NCBI RefSeq assembly: GCF_001194135.2
Contig: NC_068988.1
Span: 53,997,264 to 54,061,263 of the forward strand
Direction: 5' to 3'
DNA length: 64,000 nucleotides
Source: Octopus bimaculoides
Lineage: Eukaryota
Under the pieces are notes generated by a model. That model had not been told where the DNA came from, did no database searches, and was given only the letters and a program-made list of their open reading frames with translations. The position numbers and the translations under genes are program-made. This document shows positions 37,835 to 49,625 of this stretch, one piece after another (the stretch's first letter is position 1; every line of letters starts with the position of its first letter).

Positions 37835-38154
37835 ACTCTGTTGGTTATGACGATAAACATTCCAGTTGATCCAATCAACAGAGCAGCCTGCTCATGAAAT
37901 TAATGTGCAAGAGGCTGAGTACTCCACAAACACATGCATCTTCAATGTAGTTCTTAGGAAGATCCAGGAGTGTGACACAGAATGTGACAAGGCTTGCTCT
38001 TTGAATTACAGGTACAACTCGTTTTGGCAATCTTAGTGGACTTGTGCAATGTGAAATAAAGTGTCTTGCTCAAGGAAACTATGCACCACTGGGAATTGAA
38101 CTCACAACCTTCCAACCGTGAGATGAATACCCTAACTACTAAGCCACTGAGCCA

Positions 38155-38155
<1 letters not shown>
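37835..38155 (-). mobile_element. SINE family C diverged copy
   Basis: Reverse complement of the 31717 body and tRNA head. Confidence 0.7.
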
Positions 38156-38187
<32 letters not shown>

Positions 38188-38391
38188 NNNNNNNNNNNNN
38201 NNNNNNNNNNNNNNNNNNNNNNNNNNNNNNNNNNNNNNNNNNNNNNNNNNNNNNNNNNNNNNNNNNNNNNNNNNNNNNNNNNNNNNNNNNNNNNNNNNNN
38301 NNNNNNNNNNNNNNNNNNNNNNNNNNNNNNNNNNNNNNNNNNNNNNNNNNNNNNNNNNNNNNNNNNNNNNNNNNNNNNNNNNNNNNNNNNT

Positions 38392-38556
38392 ATGTCATCA
38401 TCATGATCGTCGTCGTTTAACGTCTGCTTTCCATGCTAGCATGGGTTGGACGATTTGACTGAGGTCTGGTGAACCAGATGGCTACACCAGGCTCCAATCT
38501 GATTTGGCAGAGTTTCTACAGCTGGATGCCCTTCCTAACGCCAATCACTCCGAGAG
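38392..38556 (-). mobile_element. RTE LINE 3' tail
   Basis: Reverse complement of canonical tail. Confidence 0.85.
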
Positions 38557-38571
38557 AGAGTGTGTGTGTGT

Positions 38572-38605
<34 letters not shown>

Positions 38606-38859
38606 CTGTCTGTCTGACAATGTGTCTGTCTATCTGTCAGTGTGTGTGTGTGTAAATGTGTTTATGTATGAGCCTCTATCAGTGCTGGTTTGTATGAGCA
38701 TGTATCAGTGTTTATCTGTTGATGTTTGAATGCATGTTTGTCTGCATAGATTTCTTTTTTTACCTTTATGAATTTCTGTGCATTGGAAAGTGTAAAAAAC
38801 AGTTTTCTATATGTGTGTGTGTGGAGAGAGAGAGAGAGAGAGAGAGAGANNNNNNNNNN

Positions 38860-38900
<41 letters not shown>

Positions 38901-39741
38901 GAGAGAGAGGAGAGAGAGGAAGTGTTATACATCTGTTTTGTTTTTTCTTGCATCTATATATGAATGCATGAGAGGTAGTTTTTATGAATAAGTAGATATA
39001 TAGTTAGGTTGACAATATATACATAGATATATTGATAAATAAACAGATTGACTTAAATATCTAAATGTGTGAAATAAGTTATTCTAAATAAGATTGTAAT
39101 TTTTTCAAACTATTAACTTCATATTGGCAATAACAGATTCTTAAAAAAAATTTACTTAATATTTAATAAGATATTTTGATATTTTTAATAATGTTTCTAT
39201 TATTAGTTATGGATATCTATTCATAAGCCAAATAACTTAAACCTTTCCCTTTCTTAAGGAACAAATGGAAAACAATAACTGTTTCATTTGTTCAGTTGGT
39301 TAAACTACCAGGCTCATTCATGTAGCACGCAAATGACTGAGTATTCCTCATACATGTGTACCTTTAATGTAATTCTTAGTGAGAATCAGCATTATAGTTT
39401 CTCTAACAAAACTAGCTCTTAGAATTATAAATACAGTCCATTCATAGGGCTTCCAAATAATTTCTGTCTCCCCTGTTTCATGTTCATGGCTTGGGCCCTC
39501 CCAAGGTTATGCTAAAAGACATTTGTTGAAGATGCCACACAGTGGTATCAAACCCAAGACCTTATGATTTGCCCATGCCTGCATCTGTAATATCCTTAGT
39601 CTTTCAATTCTTTATACTTTTAATTTAGAGATAGATGCTACTATTTTGAAACCCTGCCTGGTACACAACCAGATATGATACCTTTCTTTTTGTTTCTATT
39701 TTAGCCAGAGGGAATGGCCATGGTGTATTACAGGGTCACTG

Positions 39742-39788
<47 letters not shown>

Positions 39789-39867
39789 AGGTACCCTTGA
39801 ACCCCAAACCTAGCTTGAGTGCTTGTAAGAGAGTAGATTCCACTAAAGGCACCAAGGTGCCTGATGC

Positions 39868-39904
<37 letters not shown>

Positions 39905-39924
39905 TGCAGGAGTGGCTGTGTGGT

Positions 39925-40040
39925 AAGTACTCTTTCTGGAGATATGGCAAGGAGCTAGATCCTGCTGCCACACACATAGCCTTCCAGCAGTAACCCTTTC
40001 CAGCCAATGTTTGAGCACAATCTCCAGCAGCTTGACAGTG
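39925..40040 (-). mobile_element. Short DD37D transposase fragment
   Basis: KLLEIVLKHWLERVTAGRLCVWQQDLAPCHISRK, homologous to the 7.6-8.5 kb element. Confidence 0.75.
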
Positions 40041-40299
40041 CCTGGCAAGGCCAGGGGCCACACCCGATTCCGTAATTTGTTTTGGCTTGGTTTCTACAGC
40101 TGGATGCACTTCCTAATACCAACAATTCCAGAGTGTACTGAGTGCTTTTTACTTGACAGCATCACTATCTTTTTTTTATGTGGCACCACCACCCACACCA
40201 ATGCTTTTTACAACCACCCATACCAAATGCATATACATATGTATGTCCATATGAGCACATGCATAGAGGACATTGCAAACGTGAATCTTATTACATGCA

Positions 40300-40800
40300 G
40301 ACTTTCATGAATGGTACTGAAGTACTTAGTCATATAGCCTGGTGTTTCAATATAATTTCTACCAATACAATTGAAAGAAACTTAAAACTATAGTCTGGAT
40401 GGAGTAACTGCAGATTTCTCCTCAGTTCGGCACAGATATCTTATTTCTCATTAATCTTTAACATTATATTGACATCTGCAGGGCAATTGATTTCAACTAC
40501 TATGCATAGTTACTTTTTTCTGTCCTATCTCATCATGTCTGGTCTGTTGTGCTTGCATTTTATTGAAGTCTCAAAAGGGACACATTCCCAATGTTCTTTC
40601 AGTTTATGGGTGATTATGCCCTCCACATCATTGTTGAATCTTATATTTGTCTCCTCAGAATTACTCTTCTTGCAGATCTCACAATATAATGTTTTAGCCA
40701 CAACATCATGTCTCAAAGATAGATAATACCATGAGACCATTTTCAGACTGCTTAGTTATGATGTGTGTGACATCCTGAATGTTAATTCTGCTGAGCAATG
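40300..40800 (-). pseudogene. R4/Dong-like LINE restriction-like endonuclease (PD-(D/E)xK) domain remnant
   Basis: YYLSLRHDVVAK...CKHNRPDMM..DRKK.LCIVVEINCPADVNI...K....AEL.RNLQLLHP. Confidence 0.8.
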
Positions 40801-41068
40801 CATGTATGTATCTTTCTGCATGTATGCGTGATTTTTCTTTGAGTTTTATTTCAGTTCTTCTTGAGAGAGTTCAAGCCAGTTGCTAACAAAGCAACAAGAT
40901 TTTTTGAATTAAGAGAGTTCCTGGTGTTTGTGGTTGAGTTAGTGTGTGTGTATGTATGTATGTATGTATGTATGTATGTATGTATGCATGCATACATATA
41001 TGTATGTATGCATGCATGTATGTATGCATGCATGCATGTATGTATATATCTATCTATCTATCTATCTA

Positions 41069-41131
<63 letters not shown>

Positions 41132-41446
41132 CACACACACACATGCACACAAGCGCATACGCACACGCACATGCACATGCACACACACACACACATATAT
41201 ACACACACACAACAAGCTTCCACACAGTTTCACTTACAAAGTATTAATCAGTTCAGGGCTAAGTAGAAGACGCTTGCCCAAGGTGCTTCTCAGTGGAATG
41301 GAACCCAGAACCACATGATTGCAAAGTGAGCTTCTTGAGCATACAGCCATGCTTATGTGCATATGATACTGATATATAATCACAAAAGTGCTCCACGAAT
41401 ACTTATCAATAGGTTAGAATGCTCAGAGCAATGACAAAATATAAAT

Positions 41447-41817
41447 AGGTGTGGCTGTGTGGTAAGAGGTTTGCTTCCCAACCTCATGGTTCTGGGTTCA
41501 GTCCCACTGCATGGTACCTCAGGCAAGTGTCTTCTACTATAGCCTCAGGCCAACCAAAGCCTTGTGAGTGGATTTGATAGACGGAAACTGTATATATCTC
41601 TATGTGTGTGTGTCCTTGTGTCTGTGTTTGTCTCCTCCAACACTGCTTGACAACAGGTGTGTTTACATTCCTGTAACTTGATGGTTCAGTATAAGAGACT
41701 GATAAAATAAGTACTAGGCTTAATAAAATAAGTTCTGGGGTCGATTTATTCACCTAAAACCCCGCAAGGCAGTGCTCCAGCATGACCACAGTCAAATGAC
41801 TGAAGCAAGTAAAAGAT
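41447..41817 (+). mobile_element. SINE family A1 full length
   Basis: ggtgtggctgtgtggtaag...ggttcagtccc...gactgaagcaagtaaaaga. Confidence 0.88.
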
Positions 41818-41834
41818 ATCAACTGTACTGAAGA

Positions 41835-42445
41835 CATATTAGAAGTAACTTGAAAACTTTTGGTACCTGGGTGATCTAATTAGCATCAGAGGTGAATGAT
41901 CTGAATGCATAGTAGTGACAGCAAGAAGTGGGAGGGAAAATGTAGGATGCTGTTGCAGCTACCGACAACAAAGGGATTGTTTTGGGAATGAAGAGATTAT
42001 TTGATATTTGTGTATGAGGAACAATGTCCCTTGGCAGCAAAATATGGGCCTTAAACGAGGAGGATGCATAGAGGCTAGAAACAAATGCGATGAGTGTGCT
42101 GCTCTGTTGGATGTGTAATATTAAGTATATATGAATAATAAAATATGATCTGAGAGAAAAACTTGTAGAGAGACGAGAAGAGACAGCACTGATATGGAAA
42201 TGTGATGTGTATGAAGGATGACAGCAGAGCAAAGAATTGCCAAGTTATCTCAGTGGATGGAACATACAGAAGAGGAAAACCAAGAAGAGGAGGAAGACAT
42301 GAACAGAAGTAGCGAAATCTGATTCCAGGAGGTTAAACTTCACCAAGGAGATGACAAGTAACTGCAATAAATGGTGAAAAGCTTTGCTGGAGAAGAGCCA
42401 TCCAACTTATGCAAGCATGGGGAAGCATACACGAAATGCTGATGT
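41835..42445 (+). mobile_element. Old, decayed RTE LINE 3' end
   Basis: YLGDLIS; GSKIWALNEEDA.RLE...CWMCNI; RRGKPRR; tail ccaacttatgcaagcatgg...(gat)n. Confidence 0.7.
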
Positions 42446-42593
42446 TGAGTATGATGGTGATGATCCTTTGTATGTGTGTGTGTGTGTAAAGATATAACAT
42501 TTCCTATCTTCATTATTCAAGTTTCTTTCTAGTTAATTACTAATTCTTCAGAAATTTGACTACAAGTATTGAGTACTGTCGTTCTTACTGAAT

Positions 42594-42624
<31 letters not shown>

Positions 42625-42823
42625 GNNNNNNNNNNNNNNNNNNNNNNNNNNNNNNNNNNNNNNNNNNNNNNNNNNNNNNNNNNNNNNNNNNNNNNNNNNN
42701 NNNNNNNNNNNNNNNNNNNNNNNNNNNNNNNNNNNNNNNNNNNNNNNNNNNNNNNNNNNNNNNNNNNNNNNNNNNNNNNNNNNNNNNNNNNNNNNNNNNN
42801 NNNNNNNNNNNNNNNNNNNNNNN

Positions 42824-42856
<33 letters not shown>

Positions 42857-42954
42857 CACACACATACACACACACACACACATACACATGCACATATACA
42901 CATACACACACAGACTTACACACACACATGCAAATACAGACTTGCATACTGGCA

Positions 42955-43160
42955 CTCTGTCGCTTAAAATGCCTATGAGGGATCCAATTGATCCAATCAA
43001 TGGAACAACCTGTTTGTGAAATCAACATGCATGTGGCTGAGCACTCCACAGACACATGTAACCTTAATGTAGTCTTCTGGGATATTCAGCGTGGCACAAG
43101 ATGTGACAAAGCTGGCCCTTTGAAAAACAGGTACTACTCATTTTTGGTAGCTGAGTGAAT
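42955..43160 (-). mobile_element. SINE family C 3' part
   Basis: Reverse complement of ggccagccttgtcaca...gtggagtgctcagccac... Confidence 0.7.
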
Positions 43161-44035
43161 GACATACATAAACAGACATACACATACATACAAACATACA
43201 TATATATACTTACACAATATTGAAGTGATATAAGAGGCATTTGCACGACCTCACCTTAAACTGTGGCATTATCACTATCAAGACTACCCACCCTACCTGT
43301 CACAAGCATGACCACTACCTTCAATGTACCCTACTCACAAACTTCTCCACCACAACCATTTCCAGATAAAGCACGGCAATATTTTATACTCCATTCTAAC
43401 AAAGCACTGTGCATTGTTATCTCTGCATATGAGCCATTGTGAGAGCCTTTATGTGGTCAATCAATCTGCCAGAAATAGCAACTGAATTGCTTTCAAATCA
43501 TATTCTATTGTCTTAGAAAGAGAAAGGGGTTCATTGGAATATATAGTTGTAGACAACCATGTAAAGTTGGGATGGCTACGTATGAAATGATTTTGATCAA
43601 AGGTCTACTTCATCAGATTTGACATGAGACTAAATAATATCAATAATATATCTGTCTAGTTATGTCACAGTTGTGTTAAACTCATTAACTGCAACAATAT
43701 CTAATTTCCCAACACTGTCTTTTTGTTATCATAGTTTAGTTTAGCTTACCATTAAAATTACTAATTTCTGGGGGAGGTTTTGCTGAGTCAGGTTTTAGTG
43801 AGCAACATGGTTCTTTTTTCAATTTTCTTTTTAAACTGCTTAAATTTTTTTTTTAAACTGGAAAAACAAAAACAAAACATTTTTTAAACAGAATAAAGCT
43901 TTGTTCCTTTAGAGTATTTATCATTGCCAATTACATACCCAAGATGTAACTTGATTCATTGCTGAGAAGATTTTAAAAATTAAATTTTTTTCAATTTTAC
44001 TCTTTAGGAGCTCAATGTGTTCAGTGCATATACTA

Positions 44036-44458
44036 TCATCATCATCATCATCGTTTAACGTCCGCTTTCCATGCTAGCATGGGTTGGGTGATTTGACTGA
44101 GAACTGGTGGACCAGGACGCGACACTAAGCTCCAATCTGATTTGGCAGAGTTTCTACAGCTGGATGCCCTTCCTAACACCAACCACTCCGAGAGTGTAGT
44201 AGGTGTTTTACGTGCCACCAGTACGAGGGCCAGTCAGGCGGTACTGGTGATGGCCACGCTCGAAATGGTGTATTTTATGTGTCACCTGCACAGGAGCCAG
44301 TCCATCGGCACTGGCAACGATCTCGCTCGAATGTCTTTTCACATTCCACTGGCACAAGTGCCAGGGAGGCGACGTTGGTAATAATCAACGGCCACACTCG
44401 AAATGGTATTTTACATGTCACCTGCATAGGGGCCAGCCCATCGGCACTGGCAATGATC
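44036..44458 (-). mobile_element. RTE LINE 3' UTR with ~4 hairpin units and tail
   Basis: (CAT)n, reverse tail, repeated ...gagccagtc...gcactggcaacg units. Confidence 0.88.
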
Positions 44459-44891
44459 TTTACTTGTAATATAGTATGTCTAAAAAGACATACTATATTA
44501 CAAGTAATAAACTGCTTATGTATTCTGCTGTTAGTTTGAGTTTTTAGTTCGATGGTTCTGCTTAAGAGATTTGAATCTGGCTGTAATTTTTCTTTCAACT
44601 CACAAATCCAGTGATAAATTATCAATGTTTCCACTTCTCCTTCTCACTGTCTCTCTGTCTGTCAATCTGTCTGTCTGTCAATCTGTCTGTCTGTCTGTAT
44701 CTCCCCGCCCCACACTCTCTTTCTCTTTCTCTCTTCTTTCTTTTTGCAAGATATAGCAAATTATTGAAGACTGGATCTCCTGATGTCTTAGCTATCAAAA
44801 CTCAATTAACTGAAACTTTGATGAACGGAAATGTGTGGAATCAAATATACTTTTCAATTACACAGTGTTCATACCTTCAATTGATTTGAAC

Positions 44892-44945
44892 TCATAATAC
44901 TGCACTCCTTCTCTGTCACTTTAGAGAAGGAGTGCAGTATTATGA
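44892..44945. repeat. Perfect 23-bp inverted repeat, 8-nt loop
   Basis: tcataatactgcactccttctct-gtcacttt-agagaaggagtgcagtattatga. Confidence 0.95.
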
Positions 44946-45524
44946 ACCATATGCAGTATTATAAACCATAAATAAAATACTACTAGTGACATTTGTGCTA
45001 GGGATAATTTCTGTTAATTTCTCAACAGAGACCTATACAACACATTTGCTACCCTATCTGATACCTATATGGTTTTAACGTATATCAGTCTCTGACACTC
45101 ATTAGTTTCTGTCATAAATTTGTTTCTGTCATCTAGCTGCATTGCAGTTACCATAGACAGGCGGCCTGCAATGCAGCTTATGAAGTGTACTGAATGCATT
45201 TTATAGGGCCAACTAGAGATGTTTTCAATGTAAGTTAAGCTGAAGAGTCCTTTTAACAATTCCCAACTTGATGGGTAGTCAGGGATGTGGCTTATAGAGT
45301 TATATATATATATATATATATATATNNNNNNNNNNNNNNNNNNNNNNNNNNNNNNNNNNNNNNNNNNNNNNNNNNNNNNNNNNNNNNNNNNNNNNNNNNN
45401 NNNNNNNNNNNNNNNNNNNNNNNNNNNNNNNNNNNNNNNNNNNNNNNNNNNNNNNNNNNNNNNATGTACAAGTGAGTAGACAAATAAAAGAAGGGTATTC
45501 AAAACCCTTATTGGGTGATACATG

Positions 45525-45675
45525 TGTGGATCAAAACAGTTTGATTCAAACTCCTTGGTACTCTGAGTTTCAAGCATGTCGCTAATCTTGGCCATCAGAC
45601 TCTGATGACTGAAAACTAGTGGTATGCTTGAAATTCAGAGTACCAAGAAGTTTAATTCAAACAGTTTTGATCCAT

Positions 45676-45677
<2 letters not shown>
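45525..45677. repeat. ~61-bp-arm palindrome (MITE-like)
   Basis: ggatcaaaacagtttgattcaaactccttggtactctgagtttcaagcat / atgcttgaaattcagagtaccaagaagtttaattcaaacagttttgatcc. Confidence 0.9.
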
Positions 45678-45723
<46 letters not shown>

Positions 45724-45736
45724 GTATATATGTTAC

Positions 45737-45814
45737 AAAAAATAAGGTATCCAAAGATCTGGATGATTGTACCTATATGTACAACCATCCAGATCTCTGA
45801 ATACCTTATTTTTT
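45737..45814. repeat. ~36-bp-arm palindrome
   Basis: aaaaaataaggtatccaaagatctggatgattgtac / gtacaaccatccagatctctgaataccttatttttt. Confidence 0.9.
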
Positions 45815-45875
45815 CTAATATATGATATCTGTACATCACCTCCAAACCTTCTACTATATATATATATATTGGATA

Positions 45876-46312
45876 GGCGTAGGAGTGGCTGTGTGGTAAG
45901 TAGCTTGCTTACCAACCATATGGTTCTGGGTTCAGTCCCACTGAGTGGCACCTTGGGCAAGTATCTTCTACTATAGCCTTGGGCCCACCAAAGCCTTGTG
46001 AGTGGATTTGGTAGACGGAAACTGAAAGAAGCCCATCATATATATGCATATACACGTATATATGTGTGTGTGTGAGTGTGTGTGTGTGTGTGTGTGTATG
46101 TTTGTGTGTCTGTGTTTGTCCCCATTACATCGCTTGACAACCGATGCTGGTGTGTTTACGTCCCTGTAACTTAGCGGTTCAGAAAAAGAGACTGATAGAA
46201 TAAGTACTAGGCTTACAAAGAATAAGTCCTGGGGTCGATTTGCTCGACTAAAGGCAGTGCTCCAGCATGGCCACAGTCAAATGACTGAAACAAGAAAAAG
46301 AGTAAAGAGTAT
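45876..46312 (+). mobile_element. tRNA-derived SINE family A1, full-length reference copy
   Basis: ggcgtaggagtggctgtgtggtaag A box, ggttcagtccc B box, internal (TA)/(TG)n, 3' ...ggcagtgctccagcatggccacagtcaaatgactgaaacaag. Confidence 0.9.
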
Positions 46313-46695
46313 ATGTAAAGGTATGGGAGGTATTGGTATCCAGAAGTCACAAGGTGGCAGGTAACGCTATGAAAGTGCTATGGAAGAACGATGTGTGATG
46401 CTTAAATAGCCCCCTTTGAATGAACAGCACATGGAATCTACGTCTCCACACTTTCCATTTCTGATGGCAAAACTCCTATTGGAATTTACATACCATGGGC
46501 AGGAAGAATTTCTACCACTTCTACACACCACTTTCCTTGGATAATGGAATTGCAACTATAACATTTTTATACACTTTTCTTTTTATTTCTACATTCATTC
46601 TCTTATTTCCCTATACACTCCTTATTTGCTTACTTTTCTAAAATAACTCCTCATATTGAAATCTAATATTTTTCTCTATTTAACCATCATACATC

Positions 46696-46744
46696 GTCTC
46701 TGATGAAGGGATATCTCTAATAGCCCAGAAACAGCTGTTAAGAC
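46696..46744 (+). ncRNA. Minimal (Penelope-type) hammerhead-like motif
   Basis: gtct-CUGAUGA-a-ggg...ccc-a-GAAA-cagctg(palindrome)-tta-agac. Confidence 0.45.
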
Positions 46745-47651
46745 TAACTTTCTCTTTGTAAATGTCCTGAAAATTCCACACAGCCTTGGCATTGCTGTCT
46801 CATTTTATTTAGCATGTATACATATCTACGTATATATATNNNNNNNNNNNNNNNNNNNNNNNNNNNNNNNNNNNNNNNNNNNNNNNNNNNNNNNNNNNNN
46901 NNNNNNNNNNNNNNNNNNNNTATATATAAATGTTTTTATGTTCAGCTGTACTAAAAGCAATTTAACATTAAACTGAAGAATTACTCAATACTTTTTGTAG
47001 AGTATATATTTATTTTACTTTTGTAAGAATTGAGATGACAGTGACTTCAAACTTTCAGCCTGCTAACCTTTGTCAGACTGTATATACACATATATAAACA
47101 TAGACATATATTCACAGATACATATAGACACATGCATGAATAAAAAAATTACAAACACTGACATATATATGTCTTATATTATATCATACTATATTATATA
47201 TATATATGTGTTCTTATAAACTATATAATAATTGTGTTTTGTAAGAATTATTAAAACAGCTGTAGGAATGAATATTTTGAATTATCATTCAAATTGTTTT
47301 CTATTATTCTTTTAAATGTGTTTTACTCAGCTATGCATTTTATCCTATTTCACAGAATATGCAATGCTGTGTATGCTCTAATATAACTGCTTATTTGTCA
47401 TGGATACACTGCAGATCATAATATCAAATATGTGTGTGTGTGTGTGTGTATATATTTATGTAAATTTTTAAATGCATACCTATGCACATATACTCAAGGG
47501 GTATTCAAAAAGTTTTCAGTCTGCTTATGAAATAAAAATAAAAGTATTTTTTTTCCCTGCTGTCTTGTCATTAAGTTTGTTAGACTCAAAACTTCTGGAA
47601 TACACACACACGTATATGTATATGTGTATAAAGAGAGAGAGAGAGAGAGAA

Positions 47652-47703
<52 letters not shown>

Positions 47704-48183
47704 AAGAAAGAGAGAGTGAGAGATATATATATATATATAGAGAGAGAGAGAGTTTAAACAACATTGTTGTATCATATAAATGAATGATTACAGCTACTGG
47801 ATAGAGTAAAATATCTATTAAAACACATATTGACTTTATGGACCCCTTCTGTGAGATAAGAGCTAAACAGAAGAGATAATGGTGTTATGTTTAGAGACCA
47901 GGGTGAAGGAATAAGTGGTTTAATCACAATAATCCACATCAATATTTCCCCTCTTATTTTTTCTCTCAGCATGTTTCATCCAAACCTTTAGTTGGATAGA
48001 ATTGTTGGACACAAAAGCCTGTTAACAAAACAGAATCTGACTGGTTGCAAATAAGAAGCTGCAAGTCTCCATTAACAAGAGCTTGAGTGAATGTGACTGT
48101 AAACGAAATGTTATTATTCCTCTCCTACACAGAAGATCACATTTACTGCTTTCGCATATTTCATATCTGCACACCTACAAATG

Positions 48184-48216
<33 letters not shown>

Positions 48217-48516
48217 GTATATGCATGTATATATGTATGTATGTACATATGTATGTATGTATGTATTTGTGTGTGTATATGTGCATATATATATATACAT
48301 GTATGCAAATATGTATATTTACATGTGTGTGTATGCATAAGTACATATATGTATATTTGTGTATGTGTGTACAGTAATGTAAGAGTTGTAAAATATCAAT
48401 AATATATTTTACATAATGCACACATTATCTGATATAGAACTCAATATGCTCAGTAGAGTGTATATACATACATACATACATACATACATACATACAAACA
48501 TACATACATATATATG

Positions 48517-48564
<48 letters not shown>

Positions 48565-48974
48565 NNNNNNNNNNNNNNNNNNNNNNNNNNNNNNNNNNNN
48601 NNNNNNNNNNNNNNNNNNNNNNNNNNNNNNNNNNNNNNNNNNNNNNNNNNNNNNNNNNNNNNNNNNNNNNNNNNNNNNNNNNNNNNNNNNNNNNNNNNNN
48701 NNNNNNNNNNNNNNNNNNNNNNNNNNNNNNNNNNNNNNNNNNNNNNNNNNNNNNNNNNNNNNNNNNNNNNNNNNNNNNNNNNNNNNNNNNNNNNNNNNNN
48801 NNNNNNNNNNNNNNNNNNNNNNNNNNNNNNNNNNNNNNNNNNNNNNNNNNNNNNTATATATTATATCAGAATTATTAGCCTACTCTGAACTCTGAGTTTC
48901 TGGCAACTTTGATTTGATATGATATGTGGGTGTGTGTGTACATATACATACATATACATATACATATATATATA

Positions 48975-49170
48975 TATATATATATGGTCATTTTAGCATC
49001 CACTTTTCCATGGGATGGACAGAATTCGTTGAGACAGAATTTGTTGAGATGAAATTTTTCAATGCTACCTTCTGTCACCAACCTTCTCCAGTTTTCAAGT
49101 AAAGTAACATTTCTCCATGAGCAGGCATGTCTTGGAAGACTGGAAATGAAGGAAATCGCTTGCATGATGG
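48975..49170 (-). mobile_element. SINE family A2 3' part (RTE-type tail)
   Basis: Reverse complement of the 7330-7560 segment. Confidence 0.7.
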
Positions 49171-49355
49171 TCTTTATTGAAACTGAGGCAGAGAATTTGT
49201 TTTGCTACATGAGCATCACATCATGGTGGGCATGAAACTAGAGTTGCAAGACAAATTCTCAGCTTCTGCTTAAAAAAAAAACCCATCATGCAAGCAGTGT
49301 CCTTTGTTTCAAATCTTTCAAGACATATCAATTGTTCAACATAAAGCAATGTGCA

Positions 49356-49422
<67 letters not shown>

Positions 49423-49459
49423 ATATATTATGATTGACCGTTGACTGAACACTATTCAA

Positions 49460-49625
49460 TTTTTTTTTCTCCGTGTTTTTCTCCTTGTCTCCGTATTCTT
49501 TCTGTTGAAGAGCGTAGCTCGAAACGTCAAAGACTTTCCGTATTCCCGAGCGTCATACTAATATATACTTTTGTTATTTACACCACCTGTCCTCGTCTGT
49601 TGTTATTTTTTGTATATTCTCCCAT
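49460..49625 (+). mobile_element. Short Penelope-LTR-like repeat with variant hammerhead motif
   Basis: tcttt-ctgttgaa-gagc gta gctc-gaaa-cgtc-aaaga at 49497-49533; second copy at 5520. Confidence 0.6.

Noticed and set aside
44892-44945. miR-8/miR-200 family miRNA (arm contains TAATACTG)
   Set aside because: Only the first 8 nt match; the rest differs from miR-8, and the perfect palindrome is atypical of conserved miRNA precursors
45600-45625. CTGATGA-CT-GAAA as a hammerhead inside the 45525 palindrome
   Set aside because: No room for stem II, and no matching stem I/III or NUH site
45876-45950. tRNA genes at SINE heads (also 31717, 37391 and others)
   Set aside because: A and B boxes are present but there is no complete cloverleaf, and each continues into a repeated SINE body
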